Below the pieces are notes generated by a model. It was not told where the DNA came from. It saw nothing but the letters and a program-made list of their open reading frames with translations, and did not search any database. Shown in pieces: positions 52,701 to 63,788 of a DNA stretch of 64,000 bases. Made by a program: the position numbers and the translations under genes. The number at the start of each line of letters is the position of its first letter. Within the stretch, counting starts at the first letter, position 1. The stretch is from Cyanidioschyzon merolae (Eukaryota), in the NCBI GenBank assembly GCA_000091205.1, contig AP006484.2. The stretch is one strand, 5' to 3'.

Positions 52701-54320
52701 ATGCTGCAATCAATGAGTTTGGAAGCAAGGGTTCTTGAGACGCGGAAGAAGGGCGCGTCCAAACACGAGGTGTCCGTAGCTCGCGGGCGAAGCAACGCTG
52801 CTGCCGAAGCGACGCTGCAAACTGCACAGCATCCGTCACAACATGCCGTCCTGGCATACCAGTGCTTCGTGGCCCCGATGTCACCGCTGCGTCTGCAAAG
52901 AAACTCGGAGAATAGGACGCGGCGACTTTGCTCTGTAAGAACGAAGCGACGCTTCGGAAACACAGCGCAAAAGACACAGCGCCTCGAGATTCGTTCGACG
53001 GTGCCCAAGTCAGAGCAACCTGCTGTTCAATACAAAATAGTGGACGCTCTCATCGAGTCCAAAGTCGCAGAGCTTTATCCGCACTTTGCACAAGTTGATC
53101 GCCGAACCGCCTACCATCTAGGACGGATACTGCAGACATTCCGTGCACATCGCCTTGGTACACACCATTTTGCGAGCATCAACGGATACGGACACGGCGA
53201 CATAGGTCGAGACACTCTGGATGCCATCTATGCGGACCTCTTCGGTACAGAGGCGGCACTGGTGCGCGCACAGTTCTTCTCCGGGACGCATGCAATAGCC
53301 TCGTGTCTGTTCGGGGTCCTGCGCCCCGGAGATGAGATGCTTTCGATAAGCGGGAAACCCTACGATACCCTCGAAGAGGTCGTTGGCCTGCGACCCAGTG
53401 CCAATGGGGCTGGAGGCTCCCTTCGCGATTTCGGAATCGAATACCGAGAGCTGGAGCTCAGTGCATCCCACGGGAACATCCTCGATTGGGATGCGCTCGC
53501 CCAAGGAACCTGCTTCTCACCGAAAACCCGCCTGTGCTTGATCCAACGCTCCCGCGGATACGCCTGGCGACCGTCGATTTCCGTCAAGGATATCGTTCGT
53601 GCTGCTCGAATCATCAAGAGCCACCGGCCAGACATGATTGTTTTCGTCGATAATTGCTATGGCGAGTTTGTTGAGGAGTTCGAACCTACGAATCTTAGCG
53701 ACGACATTGACCTTATGGCAGGATCGCTGATCAAGAACCCTGGCGGGACCCTTGCGCTCGGCGGCGGTTACGTAGTGGGGCGTGCAGCGCTGGTCGCTGC
53801 CGCAGCTAACCGCCTCGCAGCACCGGGCGTCCACGGGGGCGCCACCTACAACCTTAATCGAGTCAACTATCAGGGCTTATTTTTGGCGCCTCAGATGGTA
53901 GGAGAGGCGCTCAAAGGGGCAATGTTAGTCGCTACTACGCTTCTTGAGCTCGGGTTTGAGGTATCGCCCATGCCGCCTCAATTCGGAGGAGAAGCAGCCC
54001 ATCGCACAGATATCATTCAGGCCGTTCGACTCGGCGCGCCCGAGCTGATTGTTGCCTTTGCTCGAGCGGTGCAGAAATGGTCCGCTGTAAGTGCATATGT
54101 CCAGCCTACAGCCGGTGCGACACCAGGTTATGAAGATCAGGTGATTTTCGCCGACGGCACCTTTATGGAAGGAAGTACGTTGGAGCTTAGCGCAGATGGG
54201 CCACTTCGTGAACCCTATGTTGTGTACGCACAAGGTGGCACGCACTGGACGCATTGGATTCATGTCTTGCGTGAGTTCGGCGCAGTACTAGATCAACAGC
54301 GCCACGTAAAACTAGGGTAA
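52701..54320 (+). CDS. PLP-dependent enzyme of the YnbB / 'aluminium resistance protein' family (Met_gamma_lyase-like, bacterial type) with ~100-aa N-terminal extension
   Basis: GYGHGDIGRDTLDAIYADLFGTEAALVRAQFFSGTHAIASCLFGVLRPGDEMLSISGKPYDTLEEVVG, VFVDNCYGEFVEEFEPT, MAGSLIKNPGG, GFEVSPM, ATPGYEDQVIFADGTFMEGSTLELSADGPLREPYVVYAQGG. These are colinear with Bacillus YnbB motifs as I remember them: GYGYGDSGRDTLE..YADVFGGEAALVRPQ..SGTHAIS..PGDEL..GKPYDTLEEIVG; VFVDNCYGEFVE; AGSLIKNPGG; LELSADGP. Confidence 0.8.
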   Translation: MLQSMSLEARVLETRKKGASKHEVSVARGRSNAAAEATLQTAQHPSQHAVLAYQCFVAPMSPLRLQRNSENRTRRLCSVRTKRRFGNTAQKTQRLEIRSTVPKSEQPAVQYKIVDALIESKVAELYPHFAQVDRRTAYHLGRILQTFRAHRLGTHHFASINGYGHGDIGRDTLDAIYADLFGTEAALVRAQFFSGTHAIASCLFGVLRPGDEMLSISGKPYDTLEEVVGLRPSANGAGGSLRDFGIEYRELELSASHGNILDWDALAQGTCFSPKTRLCLIQRSRGYAWRPSISVKDIVRAARIIKSHRPDMIVFVDNCYGEFVEEFEPTNLSDDIDLMAGSLIKNPGGTLALGGGYVVGRAALVAAAANRLAAPGVHGGATYNLNRVNYQGLFLAPQMVGEALKGAMLVATTLLELGFEVSPMPPQFGGEAAHRTDIIQAVRLGAPELIVAFARAVQKWSAVSAYVQPTAGATPGYEDQVIFADGTFMEGSTLELSADGPLREPYVVYAQGGTHWTHWIHVLREFGAVLDQQRHVKLG

Positions 54321-54848
54321 TGATCCACGGAACAGCATTCGCCAATGCATGATGAATCCCGAGCAACGCTGTGGCGTCCTGCGCGTCGAATTTACAATTT
54401 GCTGCTACATACTGGCGTTAAAACACCCTGGTTCAGGCATGATGATACGGGTTGCGCAGAGCCGCGATAACGCTGCGTGCAGCACCGAAAGTTGCAATCT
54501 CTGATTGAGGGCAAGCGAGGCGTCATCATCGACGACTGGGGCAGCGCTTGTGCGGGACCTCGAGATTCGCTTCAAGGCTTACATGCGCAGTGGGTTCCGG
54601 TGAAAGCGGCACCAAATCATGGAAGCTGCGCACTTGAAAAATTCACCTCATGGATGCAACTGAACCCTGCAGATGCCCAGGCGTTGCACTGAGCAACCTG
54701 GGAGTCATTTCGCTCGGCTCCGCTGCATAACCGCGTGCATCATCACGGTGGCGCAGAGTCGAGTCCAGTGCCAAAACCCTCGCCAACAGAACTTGTCCGT
54801 CGTGTTTTTTTTCACTGCGCACGCCCATGCCAACTAGCCGAGCAACGT

Positions 54849-55454
54849 CTACTGATCGAAAGACGAGCTACTTTCCAATAGCTCGTATGGGTTCACGTAG
54901 GAGTCAGTTCCGTAAATTGGTGGTTTATGCTGAACACTGTGACCCCCGCCATGAACCGCACCCGCCCCGTATATGAAAACGAACAGAACTCCCGACAAAA
55001 TCGAGAGGAAGAAAATGGACCCCACAACGAACAGCGCCTGCGAGCGCTCTTGCTGCGCCCTCACGTAGGTACGAACAGTCCGACCACCGCGTTCACGTCG
55101 CAACGGTGCCTCCAGAGCACTGTCCTTGGTCGGCGGCACACGCCCCGCGACGGGTGCCTCTTCGCTGCCGTATAGGTCCCGAACGCGCCGCCTCAGTGAC
55201 TCTAAAAGTGCGCTGTCTGAACCGTCCGGTTGGTCATCGGGCGAAATCGGGTTTTCAGGGCCATCTGGGAACGGTCCACTGGCTCGCAGTTTCCCAAGGC
55301 GACACGCAAACCGCTGACGCCCGAGGTACCGAGGACCAACGCGAGCAGCGCACGTACTAACACGAACAGTGTGACCCGTCTGTAGCAAGTGACGAGACGC
55401 AAAGGCAAACGCTGGCGCCCCACGAGCTGACACCGCCTCGTCTCTACGAAGCAT
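54849..55454 (-). CDS. hypothetical protein with single C-terminal transmembrane segment (tail-anchored-like), 201 aa
   Basis: Complete ORF. Hydrophobic segment LFVVGSIFFLSILSGVLFVFIY near the C-terminus. No homology recognised. Confidence 0.2.
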   Translation of the reverse strand: MLRRDEAVSARGAPAFAFASRHLLQTGHTVRVSTCAARVGPRYLGRQRFACRLGKLRASGPFPDGPENPISPDDQPDGSDSALLESLRRRVRDLYGSEEAPVAGRVPPTKDSALEAPLRRERGGRTVRTYVRAQQERSQALFVVGSIFFLSILSGVLFVFIYGAGAVHGGGHSVQHKPPIYGTDSYVNPYELLESSSSFDQ

Positions 55455-58400
55455 TTCCGCTCGTTTGCACGCTCAGGAGCACTAGCCCGAGCCTAAACCG
55501 ATGCTAGAATTGCGCACAATCTGGAAGCAAGCCGCGGATTGCGTGCTGCGGGCGTGCAGGGCGCATGTGGCTGCGCGTGCGCGTTGAAGCGCCTGAATTC
55601 CCCGTACTGCTCTCGTGTAGGCCTGGTGCAAAGGTCGTTAGAGGAGTCCCGGGGCACGTGCCTGGTGACCGGAAAGTGAACCCTTTCTCTGCCGCATTTT
55701 CAGCGAGAAGGGTTATAATTAGAGCGGTGAATTCTCGAGTGCAAGTAGTAGCACACCCTTTTCGTACATGTTTGTATATCTCCCATGTATTCAACAAAAG
55801 GAACACAGCATATAGATTGGAGAAAGGCCGTCTAGAGCTTCATTGAAATCACTGATAGCTTTCAAAGAAAGAGCGTTCCTCATCCAACCTGGCTATTCTA
55901 GGAGCGGCTGGGGATGAGCTGTCCTTCAAGTAGTTTCTATCCTGAAGTCCGTTCAATCAACATGGAACTTATCAACCGCTTTGTACGCGACTGTTCACTC
56001 GAGAATCCGATCCATTTCATGCCTTCTCGGAGAAATGCGTCCGAGGACACCACAGTATATGAAGTTTTCATGTCATGAATGTAAACGTTGACGATGAGAC
56101 TCGGATGCACAAAGGCACTCTTCCAGGCGAAAGCGGCGCGCGTTGAATAACGCACGATCGATTCCGTACTGAAATGCGAACGTTGGTGACAGCATGGAGT
56201 GATGGTCATCGCGCTTGATGAGACTTCATTCGGCCGAGACGGTAGGCCTGTATACTACTTTTCAAAATGGCGCAGATTGCTCTTCCCAAGGAGTTTACAG
56301 GCGAGCATGCCGACAACATCAGCTCCGGCTGCGGTGTCATCGCGTGGTCCGCCAGTAATCGACACACAGACAGGACCTTTCAACAGCTCATCCCTCATCG
56401 AAGCGAGTTTCATGGCTTCTCTCTCCGGAATTCTTCTCTCCTGGTGCCAGACAACGCCGCTTTCCAGCAACGCAAATGCTGTGGAGGAGTACCCAATGTA
56501 GACTGGCGTTGAGCTGCTCCTTGTAACAGCCTATTCTCTCTGGTTGAAATGATCCCGCGTCTTTTCTGATGCCATATGCCATTTTGATGCCCAAGCATCA
56601 AAATACAAGCAGCTAGTGACCAGGACAAGATTTATCGATATAACGTTGTCTACCTTTACGAGAACGAAACTGGGTCGTTCCTCCTCTGCTTGTGCTCCGG
56701 TGCAAACGGGAAGACGCGCTACAGTCAGTAGACATGCTCGCAACGAAAGTGACGAAAAGGCACTGGAGGGTGAGTAAATTCATATGTGCACTGGAAAAAG
56801 AGAGCTCCTTTACCGCCGTCCATCCATTCCGTCTAAATCCCGAGATGCAAACCAGATAAAGAACATCGTGAACACATCCATGCACTCCGCCAAGCAACAG
56901 GGAAAAAGAACCCATCACGTAGCGAAAAGAAAGATCTTCCAGAATAGAGCACGAAAAGAAAAGGAAGGAGAAATTAACGAAGTGGGAAGATCAGCCTGTA
57001 ACCATTGTCGAATCCTCACACTGAAACACATCAACGGTCAGAATCATCCAAAGAGTAACATACAGGACGCTTTCATAGAAAATGCAGCTTCATGTTCGAG
57101 CATATTTCGTCTCGCTGTTTCCGCTTTGACGTACCATGTCAAGAAACTGTTTGTGCGTGTTCCATGCAACGGGCTGGCAACTGTCCACCTCAGCCTGGAA
57201 TCGTTGGATCTACCCGTCGCGTGATACCGCGAATGCTACTCGGGACAGAGGACACATGGCGGTATGACCGTTCGATCAGAGGTTTGGAAGCAAGCTCCCT
57301 TGGACCTCGATGATGCGTCGCTGCGCCACCTGGTCCATCAAAACTTTTACAGTGAAGGATTCAAAAAAACTGTCAAACCAAGCTCAAAAGCCATATCCAG
57401 GATGATGTCGAACGCTTCTCGAGGCGCAGCCTTTGGGCTTTGTATAAATTGTACCCTCTCGTTACTGTTCCAGAAAAGTAGGGACAGATAGAAAGGATTC
57501 TTTGGCATGTCGACGGAGGCAAATGACGAGTTGGTTGCTGTTGAACTTGAGTTCGTGGAGAGGACGGGCGAATGCCGCTACAGGCGCGAGAGTCGCTCAA
57601 GTCATGCTAGCTCATCGCATGTCGACCGCCTCCGGACCGATCGATGTCTTTACTAAAAGACAGTTGGAGCATAAGCGCTGCCTTGCGTGCCTCTGGCGCA
57701 ACGACGTTTTCCTGAACACAGCGCTCCAGAGCAAAACAGATCCCTTCACCGAATCCGAGTGCCCGAGCCTCCTCGAGCGCCTTTCCGTTGTGACTACAAA
57801 TATCCCATCATGGCCAACTATATTACCGTAGGAGCTTCAGTACTGCATGGCCGTTTCCGTGATTTACGTCTAATCTGGGCGGGCAATCAGGAAACTTTCG
57901 AAAGACTTTGTAAAGAGGGCTAGCTGTGTGCGTCCGGGGTTCCTCGTATTCGGGGGAGAAGTGGAGCGCATTACACAGGAACCAGGGAACCCGACGACAC
58001 ATCATTGAGCATGAACTTCGTGAAACTTGCGCATGAATCAACAGATGAGGTTCATTTTCAGCAGTTCAAAGTACATGAAAAGAAAGAATTTTCTATGACC
58101 ATGGATCCCAGGTTGTCGAGCACCATGGCCGACGCCGTCCCTCTGAACCAAGAGGTGAGACGCGAAGACCCGAATGGGAACCAGGTGAAGCTGCTCAACT
58201 TTCCCAGGGCTTGGCATTATCGGGAATTGGGTATGGTGGACGCCCGGAAGCATGCCAACAACCGGAATGGCGTCGCGGTCCATCTGGACGCTGTGCGCGT
58301 CATATCGAGCTGAGCGCGGTGCTCTGTACGCTTCATTTAGGGCATACATGGGCGTCCAAATGGATGCTGCAGACGCTTTTTGGCGGGAGTCCTTGAGACC

Positions 58401-59791
58401 GCGCTTGAGGCACCAATTTTTTCGCATGTACGGAGGCGAGAAAGGTGCATCCGCGAACTTGTTCAATGACGTGGAGAAGGAAATGACCAATACGTCGTGA
58501 AGTTTTGTGGTAGTCTAAGGCACTTGACTCTCTGTAGAGCGCAACTGCCGCACTCCTACTCGCTTGGAAAGAGAGTGCGACGCCGACGGGAACCGATTCC
58601 GTACGACTCCCATCGAAGCAATTCGGACGACACACACACACACATCACGAGCACTGGTGCTCGCCGGAGCACATTGAAAAGAATAGGATGAAAAGGGTTG
58701 AAGACACGAAATGCTTTGCGGTAAGCTAAGCGAACGTCAGACGACAACGCAGTTCAAGATGAGAGGCTTCGTATGGTGCGATTTCACAAACAACAATGCG
58801 CCCAAGCATATCTGGTCAGATAACTGAACGTTTTTGTCAGAATACAGAAATTTGGCGGGCTTCCGGAGCGTCAAGCAGTTTCGAGTTGGGCGAAGTTTCC
58901 AGAGAATCGCTCAGTAACCAGTGTGAACATTTTGCTGACAAGTTGTAGATTTGCAATGACCCGTAACAATGGCGTGGCGAATGGACAGTGGGTTTTCGCC
59001 AAGAGCTGGGTACTGGGATTGCGTGGGTCAGCCATCCAGCAAATCTGGAGCACCGCGCATGTCCATCGGGATAGATTTAATCTTGTCATCTGGTAGAAGG
59101 TAATCGAGATCCGTGATTCGATGTTACTGAGTATGCATTGCTCCACGGTCACTCTGTGGCACACCGGAAAGGAGCTTGCCGGCGTCGACGAACTCTCAGA
59201 GGAAATGCAGTTCCAGTTGTCTTTCGACGAAATTTCATAATACATATGGCATTGTCTCGGCGATGGAGTCATTGAAACAAACACGTTCTACGAAAATGAA
59301 AGGCAAATAAACATACCCACTTATCGGCGTCTCTCCGGCTTATTTTTGACCAGCTGACTGCTATCGGCTTCAGTTTCTCCATGCACGCTGCGAGCACCAG
59401 AGCCTGTCCCACAAGGTTTGCTCGCATCAGGTCCCTAGGTCTCGTCTTGAGCAGCCCAGATCGTCTGATGTTGATGTCGGCGTTGGAGTCTGGGTTCACG
59501 CACTCCATGCGTTTCCTTGCGCTGGTTGAGCACAGCAATGGAAGGATTCATCGGACTCGCACCCCCTGCGCGAATACACTCTCATCATCGCCTCGTCGGG
59601 CAAACACCTTTACTCACCTGGCATCCCGCTTCTTAGTTTGTTTTGTCACTTGCTCTTCTTCGCTCGATCGTTGATGAGAAAACTATTCTTCGTTTTTTCC
59701 GGCAGCCGGCGATAGCGGCCCTACGGGATCCTCGGCTTCTATGTGCATACACTTCCTTGGAATTTCTATTTCTTCAAATGAATGCAGTTCA

Positions 59792-60642
59792 TTATGCCCT
59801 TAGATAAGGAACTTCCCGGAGGCAGAGGAACTTGTGGAAGAACGACGAAGTGTACCCTGGTGTCACCATGCTGAAACCTGCAGCGATTCGCCCAGTGCAG
59901 CGATCACCACGTTTTTCAATTGGAAACACTCCTTCGATGGGGTAGAGCAACGGGAAGTACCAAGAAGTGAAAACCTGCTCGTCCCCGATAGATTCGACGA
60001 AAGTTCGAATGCAAGGAGAATGGTGAAATGCCACCTTTTCGAATAGAAGAACGTCGCCAAACGTTAGGGAAAATCCTTCAACGATTCGGAAAAGAGGGTG
60101 CTACTGTATGCACCTTCTCTACGAGCGAAACTGAGGTCGCCAAATGAATCCACTGCAGCTAGAAGAGATCACGATATCCTCGTTCTCTTCGAGCTCGACC
60201 GTACACACAACGGGCTCCACATCCGCAGGTATCCATATATGCTCCGTTCGGTTCCTCCGAAGGAAGTCGCATCGACTGGAAAACCAAACCGACGTTCCTC
60301 TGCTTCATACCGATCGCTGACTTCAAGGAACGCTGTCGTTGCGATTTCTCTTGAAGATGGCCAAGCTTGAACTACGACTTTTTTGCGAATGTATCCCAGT
60401 GTTTTCAGGACAACACGGACAAGATGTTGAGAAAGAGAGAAGCCCGTGGCGTCTATCATCGTCACTTTTGCTTTCAGTAAAAAAATCAATGGGTCGTTTT
60501 CTAGCATCGACTGCAAGCAGTCTTTGAGAATATCGGTTCTCGACGCAGAGCGCTTCCACTTTCTATCGGTGTTCCTTAACCATCTGAGAAAGGTGGTATA
60601 ATTGACCTGAATGAGGAAGGCAGTCCTCCCTGCACTGTTCAA
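59792..60642 (-). mobile_element. degenerate Tc1/mariner- or IS630-like DDE transposase relic (frameshifted pseudogene) in an AT-rich gene-poor block
   Basis: Three minus-strand ORF pieces in different frames. 60169..60642 carries KVTMIDATGFSLSQ, which resembles the first catalytic-Asp block vfiDEsgf with E replaced by A. 59792..60034 carries WYFPLLYPIEGVF, which resembles the ..SPDLNPIE..W block with the catalytic Glu. 59863..60060 lies between them. No terminal inverted repeats were identified. Confidence 0.3.
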
Positions 60643-60949
60643 TAAAGAATATATATCATGCAGTCATTTCGACTCCGATACATGCGGTACAGTGCATAGT
60701 GGCTTCGATGGTCTGCTATACATTACGAAAAAGCATTCGATTACTCGCAGCGGCCGAGTCACAGTACTGAGTTGAGAGACTAATCCAGCAGGTATGCGGT
60801 GGAGGCTGCAGGCAAGTTGCTCGATTCACATCTATTTTCGCAAACCGTGACCAAAACAACGCCGGGAGCGCCAGCGTATGACCCAGCTAGCTTTACAAAA
60901 GTATCCGGCTGCACTCTGTTGGTGAACGCTATTCAGGAAACGTTTAACC

Positions 60950-62053
60950 GTGGGCACGGTCAAGAGAACTGAACCAGCGCAGCTACGTAAGGCACTAGGG
61001 ACCTATGAGCTTGTGAGCATTAGTGCTGCAGCTCAAGTTGCGTGCACTTTTGTCCGAAACTCGCCTAGAACAAAGTTAGTCTTGCGCTCTAATCTCTACG
61101 AGAGCGCAGAGTCCACACTCACAAGAGGCAGCATGTACGCTTCCGAGACTGCCTCAACGCAGGGGCTTCCTGCACTGGAGCTGGATCCGGAGGAGCTGCT
61201 GGCACAGGTACAGCTGCTTCGCGCCGCGGTTGAGGGTTCTCGTCGAGAGTCCCGCGAGCTCGTAGGCGCTCTAGAGCGAGAGCGGCGTTTGAACTTGGAA
61301 ATGCGTCAAAGATTCGAAAGACAGTTCGCTGCTGTATCGGACCAGCTTCTGCAGCTGAACCACTTGCAAAAGGAGTCGGAAGCCTTGCTTCAAAGTTTAC
61401 AGGAGCAGCTGAACGAGGCCGAGTTGCAAAAAAATGCAGCCCAGCGGGAGCTCGCGTGTGTGCAACGACAACTGAGCCTAGCACGGGCAGAGGCAGACGC
61501 GGGGAAGCGTGTCCTAACCACGATCGCTGAAAAAGAGGCGTTGCTGCGTAAGACATCACAAGCGAACGCTGACTTGCAACAGATCGTCATGCACTTGCAG
61601 GCTGAGCTCCGTAATTCAGAACTACAACCGTCAACGTCGAATGCTTCTGAGGAGCGGCTTCACGAGGCCGAAATACCTTCGTTGGCTGACCGCGATGCAT
61701 ATCAGACGTTGCAACAAACGATTGAGAAACTGTCCGCGGAGCGTGACATGTGGTACCACGAATGCGCCCGCGCCAAGGAGGAATCGCTTCGCTTGCAACA
61801 GGATGCAGAGCGGCTTCGCGGGCTTCTTGACGAGCAACAGCGCGTCCATACCACTACCCAGACGTTGCTGCAGGATCGGCACTTGCTCATGCGTCGCATT
61901 ATTGCAGCACTTGCAGAGAAGTATCTCATGGAGAAACTACCTAATCAACACTACACCCAGGAAATAGATTCGTCCCCGTTTCAAGCACGTGGAGGAACCT
62001 CTGTACAAGAAGCCCATAAGCATGAAAGATTGCGTCGAGCGCGGTCTTTTTAG
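60950..62053 (+). CDS. hypothetical coiled-coil protein (367 aa)
   Basis: Complete GC-rich ORF with long heptad-like stretches: LQLNHLQKESEALLQSLQEQLNEAELQKNAAQRELACVQRQLSLARAEADAGKR..LQQIVMHLQAELRNSEL. No specific family recognised. Confidence 0.4.
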   Translation: MGTVKRTEPAQLRKALGTYELVSISAAAQVACTFVRNSPRTKLVLRSNLYESAESTLTRGSMYASETASTQGLPALELDPEELLAQVQLLRAAVEGSRRESRELVGALERERRLNLEMRQRFERQFAAVSDQLLQLNHLQKESEALLQSLQEQLNEAELQKNAAQRELACVQRQLSLARAEADAGKRVLTTIAEKEALLRKTSQANADLQQIVMHLQAELRNSELQPSTSNASEERLHEAEIPSLADRDAYQTLQQTIEKLSAERDMWYHECARAKEESLRLQQDAERLRGLLDEQQRVHTTTQTLLQDRHLLMRRIIAALAEKYLMEKLPNQHYTQEIDSSPFQARGGTSVQEAHKHERLRRARSF

Positions 62054-62610
62054 GGCGCTGCAGAGGTCAGCCAGCGCCGCAACTCCGAAAACGGAATACT
62101 AACTATCACATAAATAGTCCCATGAATCTACTTCTCATGATGTGCAGCACATCGCTTATGGATCGGCTTTAGGCCAGAGCATCCTGGACCTTGAGTTTCG
62201 AGATTCTTCGAGGGCTCTGTCCCTTTGTCTACCATGCACCATTGCGGCACGTTTTGCGTCCTGCAGAATTGCGCGTATGCGGCGTCGCAGTGTGAACTGC
62301 AAAAGCCTGCCATCGCAGAGATCGCCATGCACGATTCAGTGGAAATCAGGAGCACGCTCTTGTACGAGCAGCTTCGATGGTCAGCGAGTGAGCTTATTAC
62401 AGGCAATGGCTTGCCTGGATGCCGGCACACATTCACTGATCCCATCGGAGAGCACTCATATCCGAGTATCGAGCACTGAAGATGAGACCAGTGGCACTCC
62501 GCCAATGGATGCCGCATTGGTGGCCCTGTAAAGTGGTAGATAATGCAGGTACTTGAATGGAAATCGCGCTTGAGCATCTACAACGGGTCGAGCGCCCCCA
62601 TGGCCGTTCC

Positions 62611-63546
62611 TCATGACGTACCCAAATCATGGATACGGATGGGGTCAAAATAAGGGCGTTGCTGTGCAAGAGCAGCGCCTAAGTTTTGCCACCATTCCGG
62701 GAGAAGCGTCCGAGCGATCATACGGAACCATGGAGTCAAAGTGTCCGCCTGGTGCTGTAACAATTTGTAGATATCTTCCCGTGTGCATGCTTTCACTGCG
62801 GCGACCTCGTTGGCATTCGGCTCTACGCGCAATCCAGTGCCCGTACTGCCGTCCAGCACGACTTTCTTGCGTGCAAAGAGGATATAGTCGACTTCGTGCT
62901 CGCCCCAAGCGGTATTTGTACGACAAACAGCCCTATATCGGATGCGTGTCAAGTATGAAAGGTCGTCAGGATGGAGACCGGTCAGGCCAAGTTCTTGTTG
63001 AAGCTTTCTCAACGCAGCACGTTTCACGCCAAGCACCGGGTCCGAGACGTTGCACTCGTCCGGGTTGAAGAGAGGGTGCGAGCAGCAGGTGTTCGCCCAC
63101 AGCAGAGGAAACGTGACCTTTGTTGCCGCTCGCTGCTGCAGAATCAAGCGGTTGTCTTCGTCGAAGAGAAAAACCGAGAAAGCTCTGTGCAAAGGTAGGT
63201 TATTCGAGACGAGATGGGCGTCCGCTTTGGAACAGCGTCCGATGACCCGGTCTTCAGCGTCTGTGAGGATGAGCTCTTCCGCAAGCAGAGCCCGTTGTAC
63301 TTCATCTATTCCAGATATCTGAGCTTCCATTCCCAAATAGGATCCTGTGGAGCTCTTTGGATCGAAAAAAGTGCCCCAGAGTCTGCGGAACACCAGACCC
63401 CGACGATACATATGCACATTGCGCGCTAGAAGGTGCGAATGGATTTGCTCCAGCGCTCGACTTGGCAGCGATGGACAGCGATCCATGGCGGGCGTCAGCG
63501 CTGGCGTGCATATTTTTTTCGATGACAAAATGTTTCCATGGACCAT
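62611..63546 (-). CDS. IDI1: isopentenyl-diphosphate delta-isomerase type 1 (IDI, Nudix fold) with ~80-aa N-terminal extension; ATG at 63330 ([11 protein letters not shown]) is an alternative start
   Basis: [97 protein letters not shown]. These are colinear with IDI1 [86 protein letters not shown]. Confidence 0.85.
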   Translation of the reverse strand: [311 protein letters not shown]

Positions 63547-63788
63547 GGATTCCAGATTGTGGGATGGATGGATGGATCTTGGCTATCGGCAAAGCGTCTT
63601 CCATAATGCAGCCTATCTCCAAATTCCATTATTTATGCTTCCTATAGGGTCTGCTGGTCGTTTTGTATATTCTATCGTGTGGCAAGTGCCTGCCTTGCTG
63701 CACCCGCAATAGCGCTAATACCGCTGGTGCAGATGCGTCACGGGGACAGATCGGCTTTGCCATACGACTGAGAGCGTCGCCCCGAGGC

